From: Candidatus Eiseniibacteriota bacterium
GTDB taxonomy: Bacteria > Eisenbacteria > RBG-16-71-46
Assembly: GCA_038231135.1 (NCBI GenBank)
Contig: JBBRLX010000016.1
Location: forward strand, 22,751-86,750
Reading direction: 5' to 3'
Length of the DNA stretch: 64,000 nucleotides
Part shown: positions 32,299-41,578 of the stretch, one piece after another
Layout of the letters: the number at the start of each line of letters is the position of its first letter
Numbering within the stretch: the first letter of the stretch is position 1
Translations under genes and position numbers: made by a program
The notes under the pieces: model-generated
Seen by the model: only the letters and a program-made list of their open reading frames with translations
The model's database searches: none
Told to the model about the DNA's origin: nothing

Positions 32299-35200
32299 TC
32301 ACCGCACGATCGCGCAGCGGGCGTGGCGCTCGGCGCCCGACTGCAGCAGCCGCAGCAGATAGATCCCCGGCGCGAGGCGCGCGGGGATCGCGACGACGTG
32401 CGATCCCGCGCCCAGTGCCCCCACGTCGAGCGCGGCGCGGCGGCGGCCTGCGAGATCGAACACCTCGAGCCGCGCGGGCGCCGCGGCCGGCAGTGTGAAC
32501 GCGACCGCGAGCCCGGAGCCCTCGGCGGGATTGGGGCGCGCCCCGGCGAGCGTGAACGCGACCGTTTGCGGCACCATCAGCTCGACCTCGCCGAGCCGCA
32601 CCTCGACGCCGCCGAGGACGACCCGCAGCCGGTACCCGAGTTGCGCGCCAGGCCGTGCGTCGTGGTCGTCGTAGCGCAGGCGCCCGGCGCCGTCGGTCGT
32701 GAGGTTCGCCACGGCCCGCCACGGTCCCGCGCCCTCGCGGCGCTCCACCGTCGCCACGGTGATGCCGGGGCCCGCCTGCCACTCGACGTGCACTCGGCCC
32801 GGCTCGGCGGACGCCGTCGCGAGCGCGATCAGCGTCGGGGTGTCCTCGTGGGCGCCCGGGTTGTAGTCCGCGCTGCCGGTGCGCGCGAAGTTGCCGCGCG
32901 GCGTCGGCCACCCCTGTTTCGTGCCGCGCCAGCTGCCCGGCGCCATCTTGTAGATGTACAGACCCGTCCCCCCGATCGGACCGCCGAGGATCTCGGTGCG
33001 CCGATCGCCGTCGTAGTCCCAGATCGACGCCTGGGAAGCGGCACGACCGGCCTTGGGATAGCCGAACAGGACCGCGGTGGACGAATCGTAGGCATAGACG
33101 CCGCTCGCCGGCAGCGTCCATACCACGGTCGGAGCGCCGGTGGGCGACACATGACCCATCAGCGGCGTGCCGACCGGGTTCACGGCGTACTTCTTGGGCC
33201 AGGTGCCGAAGTGCACCGGCAGGCCGTCCGCGCCCAGCACCGTGAGTTCGGTGGGTATGATGCGCGACAGGATGATCTCGTCGACGCCATCGCCGTTGAG
33301 ATCGCCGATGACCGGCTCCGAGGCGGCGAGGCTGAACTGGAAGTATTGCGAGCGGCGGGTGCCGTCGGCGTTGAAGGCGTAGGTCACGGGCCCCGAGGCC
33401 ACCACGATCGTGGGTGTTGGATCGTTGCCGAACCGGACCACGCTCGGCGGCTCCGGGTTGCCGATCGTGAAGATCGGCCAGCCCGGCATGGTCGTGCCGT
33501 TCCCGCGCAGCAGGTTGAGATACCCGGCCGAGGTGAGCGCGACGATCTCGACTCCGGGCTGGCCGTCGAAGTTGCTGAGCGCGATCTGGACGTTGGGGAG
33601 GGTGACGGTCGCGGTCGTCGAATCGGCTGCCAGCGGGAAGCCCGTAACAGGCGAGCCGTCGGGGTGCCAGGCGTAGATCCTGTCATCGCTGCCGCCCCAC
33701 ACCACCTCGAGCCCGCCGTCACCGTCGATATCGCCGAGCGCCGGCATGGTGCCCGGAACGTTGTTGGGCGTGGCGGTGACCGGCCAGCCAGGCAGCGGCT
33801 TGCCGTCGGCGCGGAATCCGGCGATGCGACCGTCGGTGGTGGCGACGAACATCGCGAACCCCTGGGTGCCGCCCAGGTCCGCGGCGGCGATGCCGCCGAG
33901 CGGCGGGGCGGGCAGCGCGAACGTGCTGCGGACGGACGCCGAGCCCACATCGACGATCACGATCCGCGAGTCGGCGAGCGCGACTGCGGCGCAGCACGGC
34001 CGGCCGGCCGGCGGCAGCGGCACGCCGGGACCCACCACCGTGTCGTTCTCGAGCACCACGGAGCTGGTCGGCGGATCGCGCAGCATGCGGTTCAGGTTCA
34101 CGCGGCCGGTGCCATAGCCGGTGACGCCGGGGTTCTGCGCCGAGATGTCGTCGGCCGTCTCGACCACCCGCTGCTGCACCTCGAACGGCAAGGCGGGCGT
34201 GAGGCCGCGCTGAAGGCGATGGGCCTGGTAGAGCGCCGCCATGCCCGACACCAGCGCGGCCGAGAACGAGGTTCCGGTGGCCCCGGTGGTGTAGGTCGGC
34301 CGGCGTTGCAACAGGCTGTCGCCGACGACGTGCGCGGGGTGCGGCGAGACGGTGGTGGTGATCAGGCTGGTGCCGGGCGCCGCCACGTCCACGTAACCCT
34401 GGGCGTTCGCGAACCGCGGGATGACGTCGAACTGATCGGTGGACGTGACGGTCAGCACCTCCTCGCGGTCCCCGATGTAATGGGAGTCGGTGCCCTTGTT
34501 GCCGGCCGCGACCACGATCGTGACGCGATTCGCCAGCGCGTTGTCGAGCGCGGCGGCGAGGTCTTCCTGGTAGCGGCTCTCGAACGAGCAATTGATGATC
34601 AGGGCACCCATGCGGGTCGCATAGCGAATGGCCTGCGCGACGTAGGTCAGGCTCACCTGACCGAGCGGGCTCGCGGTGGTCGCCCATGCGACGCGCAGCG
34701 GCATCAGCGACACCTTCCACGCCGTGCCTGTCGCGCCCATCGCGTTGTTGCCGTGTGCGCCGATCACGCCCGCGACCGCCGTGCCGTGACCGGCGAAGTC
34801 GTTGGGGTCGTTGTCCGGGGCGAACCAGTCCTCCCCCGGCACCACGCCGGTATCGACCGGGTTCGGCAGGTTCACGAAATCCCAGCCGTGCACGTCGTCC
34901 ACGTAGCCGTTGTTGTCGTCGTCCACGCCCGGGGTGCCGTTGAGCTCGGACAGATTCGTCCAGATCTGGCTCGAGTAGCCGGGGCCCGCGGCCAGGTCCG
35001 GATGATAGGGAATCACTCCGGTGTCGAGCACCGCGACGACCACGCTGCTGTCGCCGGTCGTCACGTCCCAGCCTTCGACGGCGTGAATGTCGTGACGACT
35101 CGGCTGATAGAAGTAATAGGAATTCGGCCAGTAGGGATCGTCGGGCACCGCGCTCACCGGGCACATCCCGGACAGCGATGCCGACGCCACGTCGGCCGAT

Positions 35201-35574
35201 GTCTGGAACGCGGTGCGCGCATCGCTCGCCTGGGCGCCGTCCGGAAGGTGCGCGATCCAGAATGCGGCGAGCGGGTCGGGCACGACCCCGGGCGCCGGGG
35301 CGTCGGTCGGGAACTCGGGCTCGAACTCGACGACGCCGAGACCGGTCGCGATCCGGTCGAGATCGGGAACACCCAGGGCGCGCAGCGGCCGGAGCGACGA
35401 GACACCGGTCTGCGTAGTCCGGTCGGCGCGTGTCTGCCAGGCGGCGCCGGTCGCGGCCGGCGACAACCGGAGCACGACGATATCGTTCTGGAACGAAGGC
35501 GGATCGCCTTCGGCAGCTCGCGCCGGAACCGCCGGCGCGGCCAGCATCAGGAACAGCAGCAACAGGGCGGCCAT
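32299..35574 (-). CDS. Secreted S8 subtilase with FG-GAP/VCBS repeats and FlgD/T9SS-like CTD
   Basis: Triad VLDTG/GHGT/GTSFS; GDIDGDG, GDLNGDG repeats; RPNP...VFDLAGR...PGIYLLRL. Confidence 0.92.
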   Translation of the reverse strand: MAALLLLFLMLAAPAVPARAAEGDPPSFQNDIVVLRLSPAATGAAWQTRADRTTQTGVSSLRPLRALGVPDLDRIATGLGVVEFEPEFPTDAPAPGVVPDPLAAFWIAHLPDGAQASDARTAFQTSADVASASLSGMCPVSAVPDDPYWPNSYYFYQPSRHDIHAVEGWDVTTGDSSVVVAVLDTGVIPYHPDLAAGPGYSSQIWTNLSELNGTPGVDDDNNGYVDDVHGWDFVNLPNPVDTGVVPGEDWFAPDNDPNDFAGHGTAVAGVIGAHGNNAMGATGTAWKVSLMPLRVAWATTASPLGQVSLTYVAQAIRYATRMGALIINCSFESRYQEDLAAALDNALANRVTIVVAAGNKGTDSHYIGDREEVLTVTSTDQFDVIPRFANAQGYVDVAAPGTSLITTTVSPHPAHVVGDSLLQRRPTYTTGATGTSFSAALVSGMAALYQAHRLQRGLTPALPFEVQQRVVETADDISAQNPGVTGYGTGRVNLNRMLRDPPTSSVVLENDTVVGPGVPLPPAGRPCCAAVALADSRIVIVDVGSASVRSTFALPAPPLGGIAAADLGGTQGFAMFVATTDGRIAGFRADGKPLPGWPVTATPNNVPGTMPALGDIDGDGGLEVVWGGSDDRIYAWHPDGSPVTGFPLAADSTTATVTLPNVQIALSNFDGQPGVEIVALTSAGYLNLLRGNGTTMPGWPIFTIGNPEPPSVVRFGNDPTPTIVVASGPVTYAFNADGTRRSQYFQFSLAASEPVIGDLNGDGVDEIILSRIIPTELTVLGADGLPVHFGTWPKKYAVNPVGTPLMGHVSPTGAPTVVWTLPASGVYAYDSSTAVLFGYPKAGRAASQASIWDYDGDRRTEILGGPIGGTGLYIYKMAPGSWRGTKQGWPTPRGNFARTGSADYNPGAHEDTPTLIALATASAEPGRVHVEWQAGPGITVATVERREGAGPWRAVANLTTDGAGRLRYDDHDARPGAQLGYRLRVVLGGVEVRLGEVELMVPQTVAFTLAGARPNPAEGSGLAVAFTLPAAAPARLEVFDLAGRRRAALDVGALGAGSHVVAIPARLAPGIYLLRLLQSGAERHARCAIVR

Positions 35575-35631
35575 GGCAGGGTCTCTAAGGGTCGATCGCG
35601 AGCCGGGGGGATCACACGTCGCGACTCATCG

Positions 35632-35660
35632 ACAGTAGGCACCCGTTTGGAACGGGTCAA
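35632..35660 (-). promoter_or_regulatory. Sigma-70 promoter of S8 gene overlapped by a palindrome
   Basis: TTGACC-N17-TACTGT; ACCCGTT-N3-AACGGGT overlapping spacer and -35. Confidence 0.55.
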
Positions 35661-36210
35661 CGGCATTCGAGCCCTGGAACTCGGGCCGGCAGAGCCGCCC
35701 ATTGGCCAACACCCACGCGTGCTTTCGGATGCCCCCGGTCGTTCGACCTCGAGCCGGCCTCGAAGGCCGGCCGGTCCGGCGCGACCGGCGCCCGGCGATG
35801 GGAAGCTACCGCCCGCGTGGCGCGCGAGCCTCCCGGACCCAGGTACCGCGCGCGCGGGATCCGGTGGGATTGAAAATGCGGGCCGCTCCCCGGGTCGAGG
35901 GCGACGTAAGCGCCTGAGAGGGGCTGAAGGTTCGCCGCCGTTAGTCCATGGTCGCAGCCCGCACCCGGGAGACTCGCAATCCACACGCCAGCGCTCGGTT
36001 TGCACCGGCTGCCGCGGAATTCGGGAGTGCGCCGGTTGCGGTTCACTGCCGCAAGTACCTGCGCCCCAGCGCGTGAGTGGATTCGAGTCACTGCGCCGGG
36101 TTTCGCGCCGGCGTCCGCAGGTCGCGGGTCGCGGCGCCGCGAGAACGGGTGATCCCGCCCGCGCGGCGCACCGTGCCGCGCAAGATCACCCGGGATGAAC
36201 GGATATGCGA

Positions 36211-36236
36211 ACGGGCGGCTTCGCGGAGCCGCCCGT
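36211..36236 (-). terminator. Hairpin downstream of FKBP gene
   Basis: ACGGGCGGCT-N6-AGCCGCCCGT. Confidence 0.5.
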
Positions 36237-36279
36237 CACCTGCTGCGGGTCGCCGGTGGCGGCCCTGGGGAATCTCGGG

Positions 36280-36777
36280 CTATTGCACGCCCAGCAACTC
36301 GACCTCGAACGTGAGCGTGGCATTCGGCGGAATGGTGCCGCCCGCGCCCGCCGCGCCGTACCCCAGGTCCGGAGGGATCGTGAGCTTGCGCTTGCCGCCG
36401 ACCTTCATGCCCTTGACGCCCTCGTCCCAGCCGCGGATCACGTTGCCGTTGCCGAGCGTGAACTCGAACGGCTGGCCGCGGTCGAGCGAGCTGTCGAACT
36501 TCGTGCCGTCGGCCAGCCAGCCGGTGTAGTGAACCGACACCTTGCTGCCGTTGTCGGCGACGGCTCCGTCACCCACCTTGAGGTCTTCGTACTTGAGTCC
36601 GTCCGACAGCGTGATGGTGCCGGCCGTGACGCCCCCCGCGGCGCTGGCGGTGGTCTTCGACGCCGTCTTTGGGGTGCCGGCCGAGCTCGAGGTGGTGTTG
36701 CTGGTTCCGCCACCGGCGGCGCACCCGAACGCGCCGAACGCCAGCGCCAGTGCGAGGATTCCGATTGCCTGCTTCAT
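36280..36777 (-). CDS. FKBP-type peptidyl-prolyl isomerase, lipoprotein
   Basis: AFGC lipobox; [36 protein letters not shown]. Confidence 0.95.
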   Translation of the reverse strand: MKQAIGILALALAFGAFGCAAGGGTSNTTSSSAGTPKTASKTTASAAGGVTAGTITLSDGLKYEDLKVGDGAVADNGSKVSVHYTGWLADGTKFDSSLDRGQPFEFTLGNGNVIRGWDEGVKGMKVGGKRKLTIPPDLGYGAAGAGGTIPPNATLTFEVELLGVQ

Positions 36778-36890
36778 CGTGTGGAGCTCCTTGGAACGTG
36801 CCTGGGTTTGGGGAATCGAACGAACGACCGGAAAGGCTCGCATGAACCGGGGTCCGCGGCAAGCCGGCCCGGCTGGATGCAGGGACCGCC

Positions 36891-37403
36891 TCACCGGCTG
36901 CGCGCCGCGCGTATTTCGGCGAGCGTCGCGCGATAGAGCGAGTCGTGGCCGGCCGCGAGCGCCACCGCATGCGTGGCCAGACTCTCGGCCTCGACGAGTC
37001 GATTCCGGTGGATCAGCGCCACCGCCAGGTTGTTCGAGGCATCGGGGTCCGCGGGCAACCCCTTGAGGGCCGCCCGGTAGTGCCGCTCGGCGTCCGCCCA
37101 GCGGTTGCGGTGCGCCGCCACGTTGCCGAGGTTGAGCCGCGCGCGGGCGAACGACCGGTCGACGTGCAACGCGCGCTGGTACTCCCTCCCGGCCAGGTCC
37201 CACTCGCCGCGCGCCTCGTAGGCGACACCGAGATCGTTGTGCTCCGCGGCGGTGAGCGGGTCATGGAGGATCACCAGGTGCGAGCAGCCGGCGGCCAGCA
37301 GCACGAGTGCGGTCGCTCCGAGTTGCAGGAGCCGCGTCGCGGCGCGCCGCCCCCGCGATCCCGGGTGCAACCGGCGCAGCCCGTGAACCGGCCGCGGCGT
37401 CAT
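36891..37403 (-). CDS. TPR lipoprotein
   Basis: AAGC lipobox; [25 protein letters not shown] repeats. Confidence 0.85.
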   Translation of the reverse strand: MTPRPVHGLRRLHPGSRGRRAATRLLQLGATALVLLAAGCSHLVILHDPLTAAEHNDLGVAYEARGEWDLAGREYQRALHVDRSFARARLNLGNVAAHRNRWADAERHYRAALKGLPADPDASNNLAVALIHRNRLVEAESLATHAVALAAGHDSLYRATLAEIRAARSR

Positions 37404-38125
37404 CGTGCGGCTCCTTTGTCCACACCGGAATCCGCCACGGCCCGGGGAGTCACGATCAGCACCCGCCGGTCCGAGCCCGCACGCCAGCGCTCGAGACTCG
37501 GCAACCGCACCTCACGCGGACTCGAACCGCCGTCGTTGAGCACGAACCGCGCGCGATCCGGCTCCCAGCCGGTGACCACCGCATAGTGCTGGCGCGTGAG
37601 CGGCCCGAACCCGACCGGGTAGAGCACGATCGGCGGCACGCCGGCCGCGAGCCACGCGATCAGGGAGTCCGCCGGAGCCGAGGTGACGCGCGCCTCGAAT
37701 CCCGCCTGCCGGGCGCGCGCCGCGAGATCGGTGACGAGGCTGCCCCGGAACACCGGATCGTAGGCGGAATCCGCGTCCGCCAGCGCCGCCGCATCCGCGT
37801 GATGGAACGCGAGCACCATGCGCAGCGCCGCGGGCCCGCACTGCTCGGGCGCCTGATGCAGCACCGGCACGTCGAGGCGAATGGCGCCTGCGTGCAGGGC
37901 GGGGGCGGGAGCCGCTGCTGCGGCCGAACCCAGCCACACCATGAGGAGCGCGAACGAAGCGGGCATGCGCGCGAGACTACACGATGAGGTGCGCGCGCCG
38001 CGCATGACCGCGGCGGTACCGCAGGTCGAATGCGCCGCCGCCCGGGCACTCCGCGCCGGGGCGGCGGCGCGCGACACGTCGGAGTCCTCGACGCATCCGG
38101 CCGCCGCGCCTGCGGCGCGACTCAC
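37400..38125 (-). CDS. C39-like cysteine peptidase (PA2778-like)
   Basis: VP..HQ...QCGPAAL, QHYAVVTG, LNDG; coupled to flanking genes; true start may be downstream. Confidence 0.85.
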   Translation of the reverse strand: MSRAAGAAAGCVEDSDVSRAAAPARSARAAAHSTCGTAAVMRGARTSSCSLARMPASFALLMVWLGSAAAAAPAPALHAGAIRLDVPVLHQAPEQCGPAALRMVLAFHHADAAALADADSAYDPVFRGSLVTDLAARARQAGFEARVTSAPADSLIAWLAAGVPPIVLYPVGFGPLTRQHYAVVTGWEPDRARFVLNDGGSSPREVRLPSLERWRAGSDRRVLIVTPRAVADSGVDKGAAR

Positions 38126-38532
38126 TTGACGATCACCTGCCTGTTCATCAGCTTGAGCACGACGATCACGAGGATCACCACGATCAGGATTCCGATCAAT
38201 GCGCCGGTCGCGCCGTCACTGCCGGTGGGCAGTCCGCGGGACTGGGTCGCGAGCGTGTGCAGATCCTGCTCCGACATCGAAGCCAGCCGCAGCTGGACCT
38301 GCTCCGGTTGCACTCCGTAATCCCGGAGCTTCTGCGCGACGACACGGTTTTCGAGTGCCCGCTGCACCGTCACCATGTCCGCGTCCCGGCTGGAGGCGAT
38401 CGTCGTCATACCCGAGGCGCGCGACGGCGCGAGACCCGCCGCGGCCGGAGCCACGTCCAGCGTGCTCATCCAGGCAACCAGAAATACGGCCGTAATCGTG
38501 CGAAGCACTCTGGGAAACAGACGCATGTGCAT
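38122..38532 (-). CDS. PA2779-family protein
   Basis: Signal peptide, VAQKLRDYGV.PE.VQLRLASMSEQDL, LPTG, hydrophobic C-terminal segment and basic tail; GGAGGT RBS. Confidence 0.85.
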   Translation of the reverse strand: MHMRLFPRVLRTITAVFLVAWMSTLDVAPAAAGLAPSRASGMTTIASSRDADMVTVQRALENRVVAQKLRDYGVQPEQVQLRLASMSEQDLHTLATQSRGLPTGSDGATGALIGILIVVILVIVVLKLMNRQVIVK

Positions 38533-38669
38533 ACCTCCCGGCGATGAAAGCGCGCGCTCGTGCAGAACGCAATGTTCGGCCTGAATCAACGTCCGCAGCA
38601 TAGAACCAAACGGATGCCGTGTGCTAGACTGATCGTCCCTTGTAATACTCCACCCTGGGCCTCTCCCTC

Positions 38670-40703
38670 GTGACCTCCACTCGACGCTGCTCGAGTTCCG
38701 TCAAGACCCCAATCGGACGCTGCCCTACGATCCTCGCCGCCGTACTCGCGTTCGCGTCCTGCGCCTGCGCCCACGCGAACGCGCTGGAAGCGGATTCGAC
38801 CAGGGTCCCGCCGGTCCATGTCGCGGCGGTCGATTCGGCCTCGGCCGCTCCGTCGCCGGCGCTGCCCGACTCGAGCCTGTCGCCCGCGCCGCAGCACGAC
38901 CCGCAGGAAACCCTGCATCCCCCGCTCGACCGCGTCGCCCTCGGACTGGGATTCGAGAACGTCACGCTCGATGCCTCGACCCAGCCTCCCAGCCTCGCAT
39001 ACGAAAACCGGCGCTACCGCCACAGCGCTGATGCATTGGGATGGATCATGCGGGGCGGGGATTCGTTCATAGCGTACGAACGCCGGCTGGGAATGGTCGC
39101 CGCATCCATCGAACGCACCGGCGCGATAGGCGCAGGCGCGCCGTTCCGGGTTCGGTACCCCAGCGACGGAGATTTCCACGCGCCGCGGGGCCACGTGCAG
39201 GAACCGACTTCGCACAGCATCGACCTGACGGTCGGGCCGCTCGTCGCGTACGACCTGGGCCGCGTCACGGAACCCGTCCAGTTCCAGTTCCAGACCGAGG
39301 CGACCCTGCGCTGGAATCCGTGGACAGGATCGCGATTCATCGGATCAGTCGTGTTCCCGATCTACAACGACTTCGTGTTCAACCCGCTCCATCCGGATCT
39401 CGACAACGTGCGGCCGGGTCTCGTCACGCTGGAGCAGTACGCGTGGGTGCCGCGGGTCGGGCTGGCGTCGGCGAGCGGCGGAGTATTCGCCGACAATCGC
39501 TACGGCGTGTCGCTCGGCATCGCACGGCCGCTGATGCAGGGCGCCGTGCTGCTCGACGCGCAGACCGACCTCACCGGATTCGTCGCATTCAACACCGGCG
39601 GCCTCGGCTACTCACCGCTCCGGAACTGGAGCTCCTATGGCGCCGTCACCTGGCGGCCGGCGTGGATGGACGCCCAGCTCCGCGCACGCTACGCGCAATA
39701 CCTGTATGGGGATCATGGCGCGGATCTCGAATTCAAGCGGTCGTTCGGCGATCTCGACCTGGCGTTCTCCGTGCTGCGCTCGAACAACCTCACGATTGAG
39801 GGCGTTCGGATCTCGTTCCCGATCCCGCCGCTGACCCGTCCCACGCAGCGGCCGATCCGCCTGCTGCCGGTCGAGCACTTCCCGCTGAGCTACCGCACGG
39901 ATGCGACTCCGGTGGGCCAGTCGGTGGTCGGCACTGCCTCCCGGGAGGACTTTTTACGTCAGTTGAGCGCCCCGGCGCTGGCCGCGAACAGCTACCGCTA
40001 CGAGCGCGCCCAGGGTCGAAAACGCCAATTGCCACCCCCCCAGCCCGCCCCGTGGATCAATCATTCGGGAATGACCGGCTTCATCATCACCCCCTGGGCC
40101 GGGGTCCAGCCGAGCGGGGAAGTCGAGGTCGGCTTTACAAATATCCCCAAGAAGTGGTCCTACGCCCCGAGGCGGGGTGTTTTCCACAACGAAATTTATT
40201 ATGTCTCCATGGGACTTTTGCCCCGACTGGAGGTCGGATTGCGCATCACGCGCACGCCTGGCTTCAATCCGTTTGCTGACGTCGATCCGGAGTCCCGTTT
40301 GACGACCGACACGGACCACATGGCCAGCTTCCGGATTTCCGTCCTGGAGCCCCGGGACCGGCGTCCCGGGCTGGCCCTGGGGGTCGACGACATCGAGGGC
40401 ACCCGGCGTTACCACTCAGCTTATTTGGTTTCCGGGGTCCCGTTCTCAATCTTTCGCGTGCAAAACAGGTTCAGCTTAGGTTATGCTTCTCATGTCTTCA
40501 CGGCTTATCGCCATGTGCTCGATGGTGGCTTCGGCGCCATTGAGGTTTCCCCCTGGCGAGCCGTTGCAGCTCGAATCGAGTACGACACCGAGAAAGTAAA
40601 TGTGGGTCTCGGGTTGGATCTCGGATACGGGTTGCGGATCCGCGCCGCTGCACTCAATATGGAGTCCTTGAGTGTCGGCGTGGGATGGCATCACAAGCTG
40701 TGA
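38670..40703 (+). CDS. YjbH-like outer-membrane beta-barrel protein
   Basis: Signal peptide; GFENV/YENRRYR N-terminal domain, QYLYGDHG, GMTGFIITPWA, amphipathic strands; start uncertain. Confidence 0.75.
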   Translation: MTSTRRCSSSVKTPIGRCPTILAAVLAFASCACAHANALEADSTRVPPVHVAAVDSASAAPSPALPDSSLSPAPQHDPQETLHPPLDRVALGLGFENVTLDASTQPPSLAYENRRYRHSADALGWIMRGGDSFIAYERRLGMVAASIERTGAIGAGAPFRVRYPSDGDFHAPRGHVQEPTSHSIDLTVGPLVAYDLGRVTEPVQFQFQTEATLRWNPWTGSRFIGSVVFPIYNDFVFNPLHPDLDNVRPGLVTLEQYAWVPRVGLASASGGVFADNRYGVSLGIARPLMQGAVLLDAQTDLTGFVAFNTGGLGYSPLRNWSSYGAVTWRPAWMDAQLRARYAQYLYGDHGADLEFKRSFGDLDLAFSVLRSNNLTIEGVRISFPIPPLTRPTQRPIRLLPVEHFPLSYRTDATPVGQSVVGTASREDFLRQLSAPALAANSYRYERAQGRKRQLPPPQPAPWINHSGMTGFIITPWAGVQPSGEVEVGFTNIPKKWSYAPRRGVFHNEIYYVSMGLLPRLEVGLRITRTPGFNPFADVDPESRLTTDTDHMASFRISVLEPRDRRPGLALGVDDIEGTRRYHSAYLVSGVPFSIFRVQNRFSLGYASHVFTAYRHVLDGGFGAIEVSPWRAVAARIEYDTEKVNVGLGLDLGYGLRIRAAALNMESLSVGVGWHHKL

Positions 40704-40704
40704 A

Positions 40705-41229
40705 GTACGGGTTTCAGGCCACTGTGTATCCACGGATGGATACGCTAAAGATAACGCCAAGGAATTGGCGATCATACGCTCAGCGCCACAGGCCCTCCCT
40801 TGGCCGTGCGCGAAGAGATGGAGGACCGCGATGAACATCGATCACCGCAACCCGCGCCTTCGCCGGGGCTTCGCCTTCGTTGCGCTTGCGGCACTGCTTG
40901 GGCTTTCTGTTATGGGCCTGTCGCAGTGTCGTCTTGTCAACGACACGGTCACCGGAGTGGACCTCAACGCCAATTCCGGGTTGAATGCCCGTAGCGACTG
41001 CGTTCACCAGTGCAACGATCAGTACAAGGCCTGCAAGCGTGCCGAAGACGCCCGTCACAAGTCGGCTCAGCGCGCGTGCGGCAATGACAAGACCTGCAAG
41101 AAGAACGAGCAGCGCCTGCACAAGGACAATCAGCTGGCGTGCGTTCGTGCGATGCAGAACTGCAAGCGCAACTGCTACAACGAGGGTGCTGGCATCGGCG
41201 GACGTTAAGCTGGCCTGAAACCCCCGTAC
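40705..41229. repeat. Inverted repeat pair bracketing the Cys-ladder gene
   Basis: GTACGGGTTTCAGGCCA (40705-40721) vs TGGCCTGAAACCCCCGTAC (41211-41229): 17 bp pairing with 2-nt bulge. Confidence 0.75.
40831..41208 (+). CDS. Cys-ladder helical-hairpin lipoprotein-like protein (copy 2), 125 aa
   Basis: GGAGG RBS; LSQC; CX3C-X6-C-X14-CX5C-X14-C-X6-CX3C; YNEGAGIGGR. Confidence 0.88.
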   Translation: MNIDHRNPRLRRGFAFVALAALLGLSVMGLSQCRLVNDTVTGVDLNANSGLNARSDCVHQCNDQYKACKRAEDARHKSAQRACGNDKTCKKNEQRLHKDNQLACVRAMQNCKRNCYNEGAGIGGR

Positions 41230-41264
41230 CGCTCGCTTCATCGGGGTTGTACGGATGAAACAAA

Positions 41265-41304
41265 CAGGGCGCCCGACGGAAACTCGGGCGCCCTGAGTCT
41301 TTTT
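41265..41304 (+). terminator. Rho-independent terminator
   Basis: CAGGGCGCCCGA-loop-TCGGGCGCCCTG followed by AGTCTTTTT. Confidence 0.8.
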
Positions 41305-41317
41305 ATCGCCGACCCGT

Positions 41318-41346
41318 TTGCGCCGCGTCTTGAGGGTCGGTAGTGT
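41318..41346 (+). promoter_or_regulatory. Sigma-70-like promoter of small basic ORF
   Basis: TTGCGC-N17-TAGTGT. Confidence 0.5.
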
Positions 41347-41384
41347 GACGTGTTCGAATCGCACTCGACCCTTGGGGAGGCCTC

Positions 41385-41486
41385 ATGACGTCACACAAGC
41401 ATCGCCTGCATCGTAAGCGCGCCCGTATTACGTGGCGGAAGAAGAAGGTCAAGGCCGCCGCCAAGAAGAACGCCAAGCGGCGTTAG
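41385..41486 (+). CDS. Small highly basic protein, 33 aa
   Basis: GGGGAGG RBS; MTSHKHRLHRKRARITWRKKKVKAAAKKNAKRR. Confidence 0.72.
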   Translation: MTSHKHRLHRKRARITWRKKKVKAAAKKNAKRR

Positions 41487-41578
41487 ACGAAGACCTCGGT
41501 ACCAGCACGAGGTCACGGGCGGCGCCGGACGAAGTTCACAGCGCCGGCCGCCGAACAGCGAAGCGGGAACCGCCCCGC

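Noticed and set aside
32110..36198. 1362-aa plus-strand ORF and similar long ORFs (4115-6613, 21332-24817, 42567-44810, 53535-55541)
   Set aside because: Antisense shadows of recognisable genes, expected in high-GC DNA; no motifs
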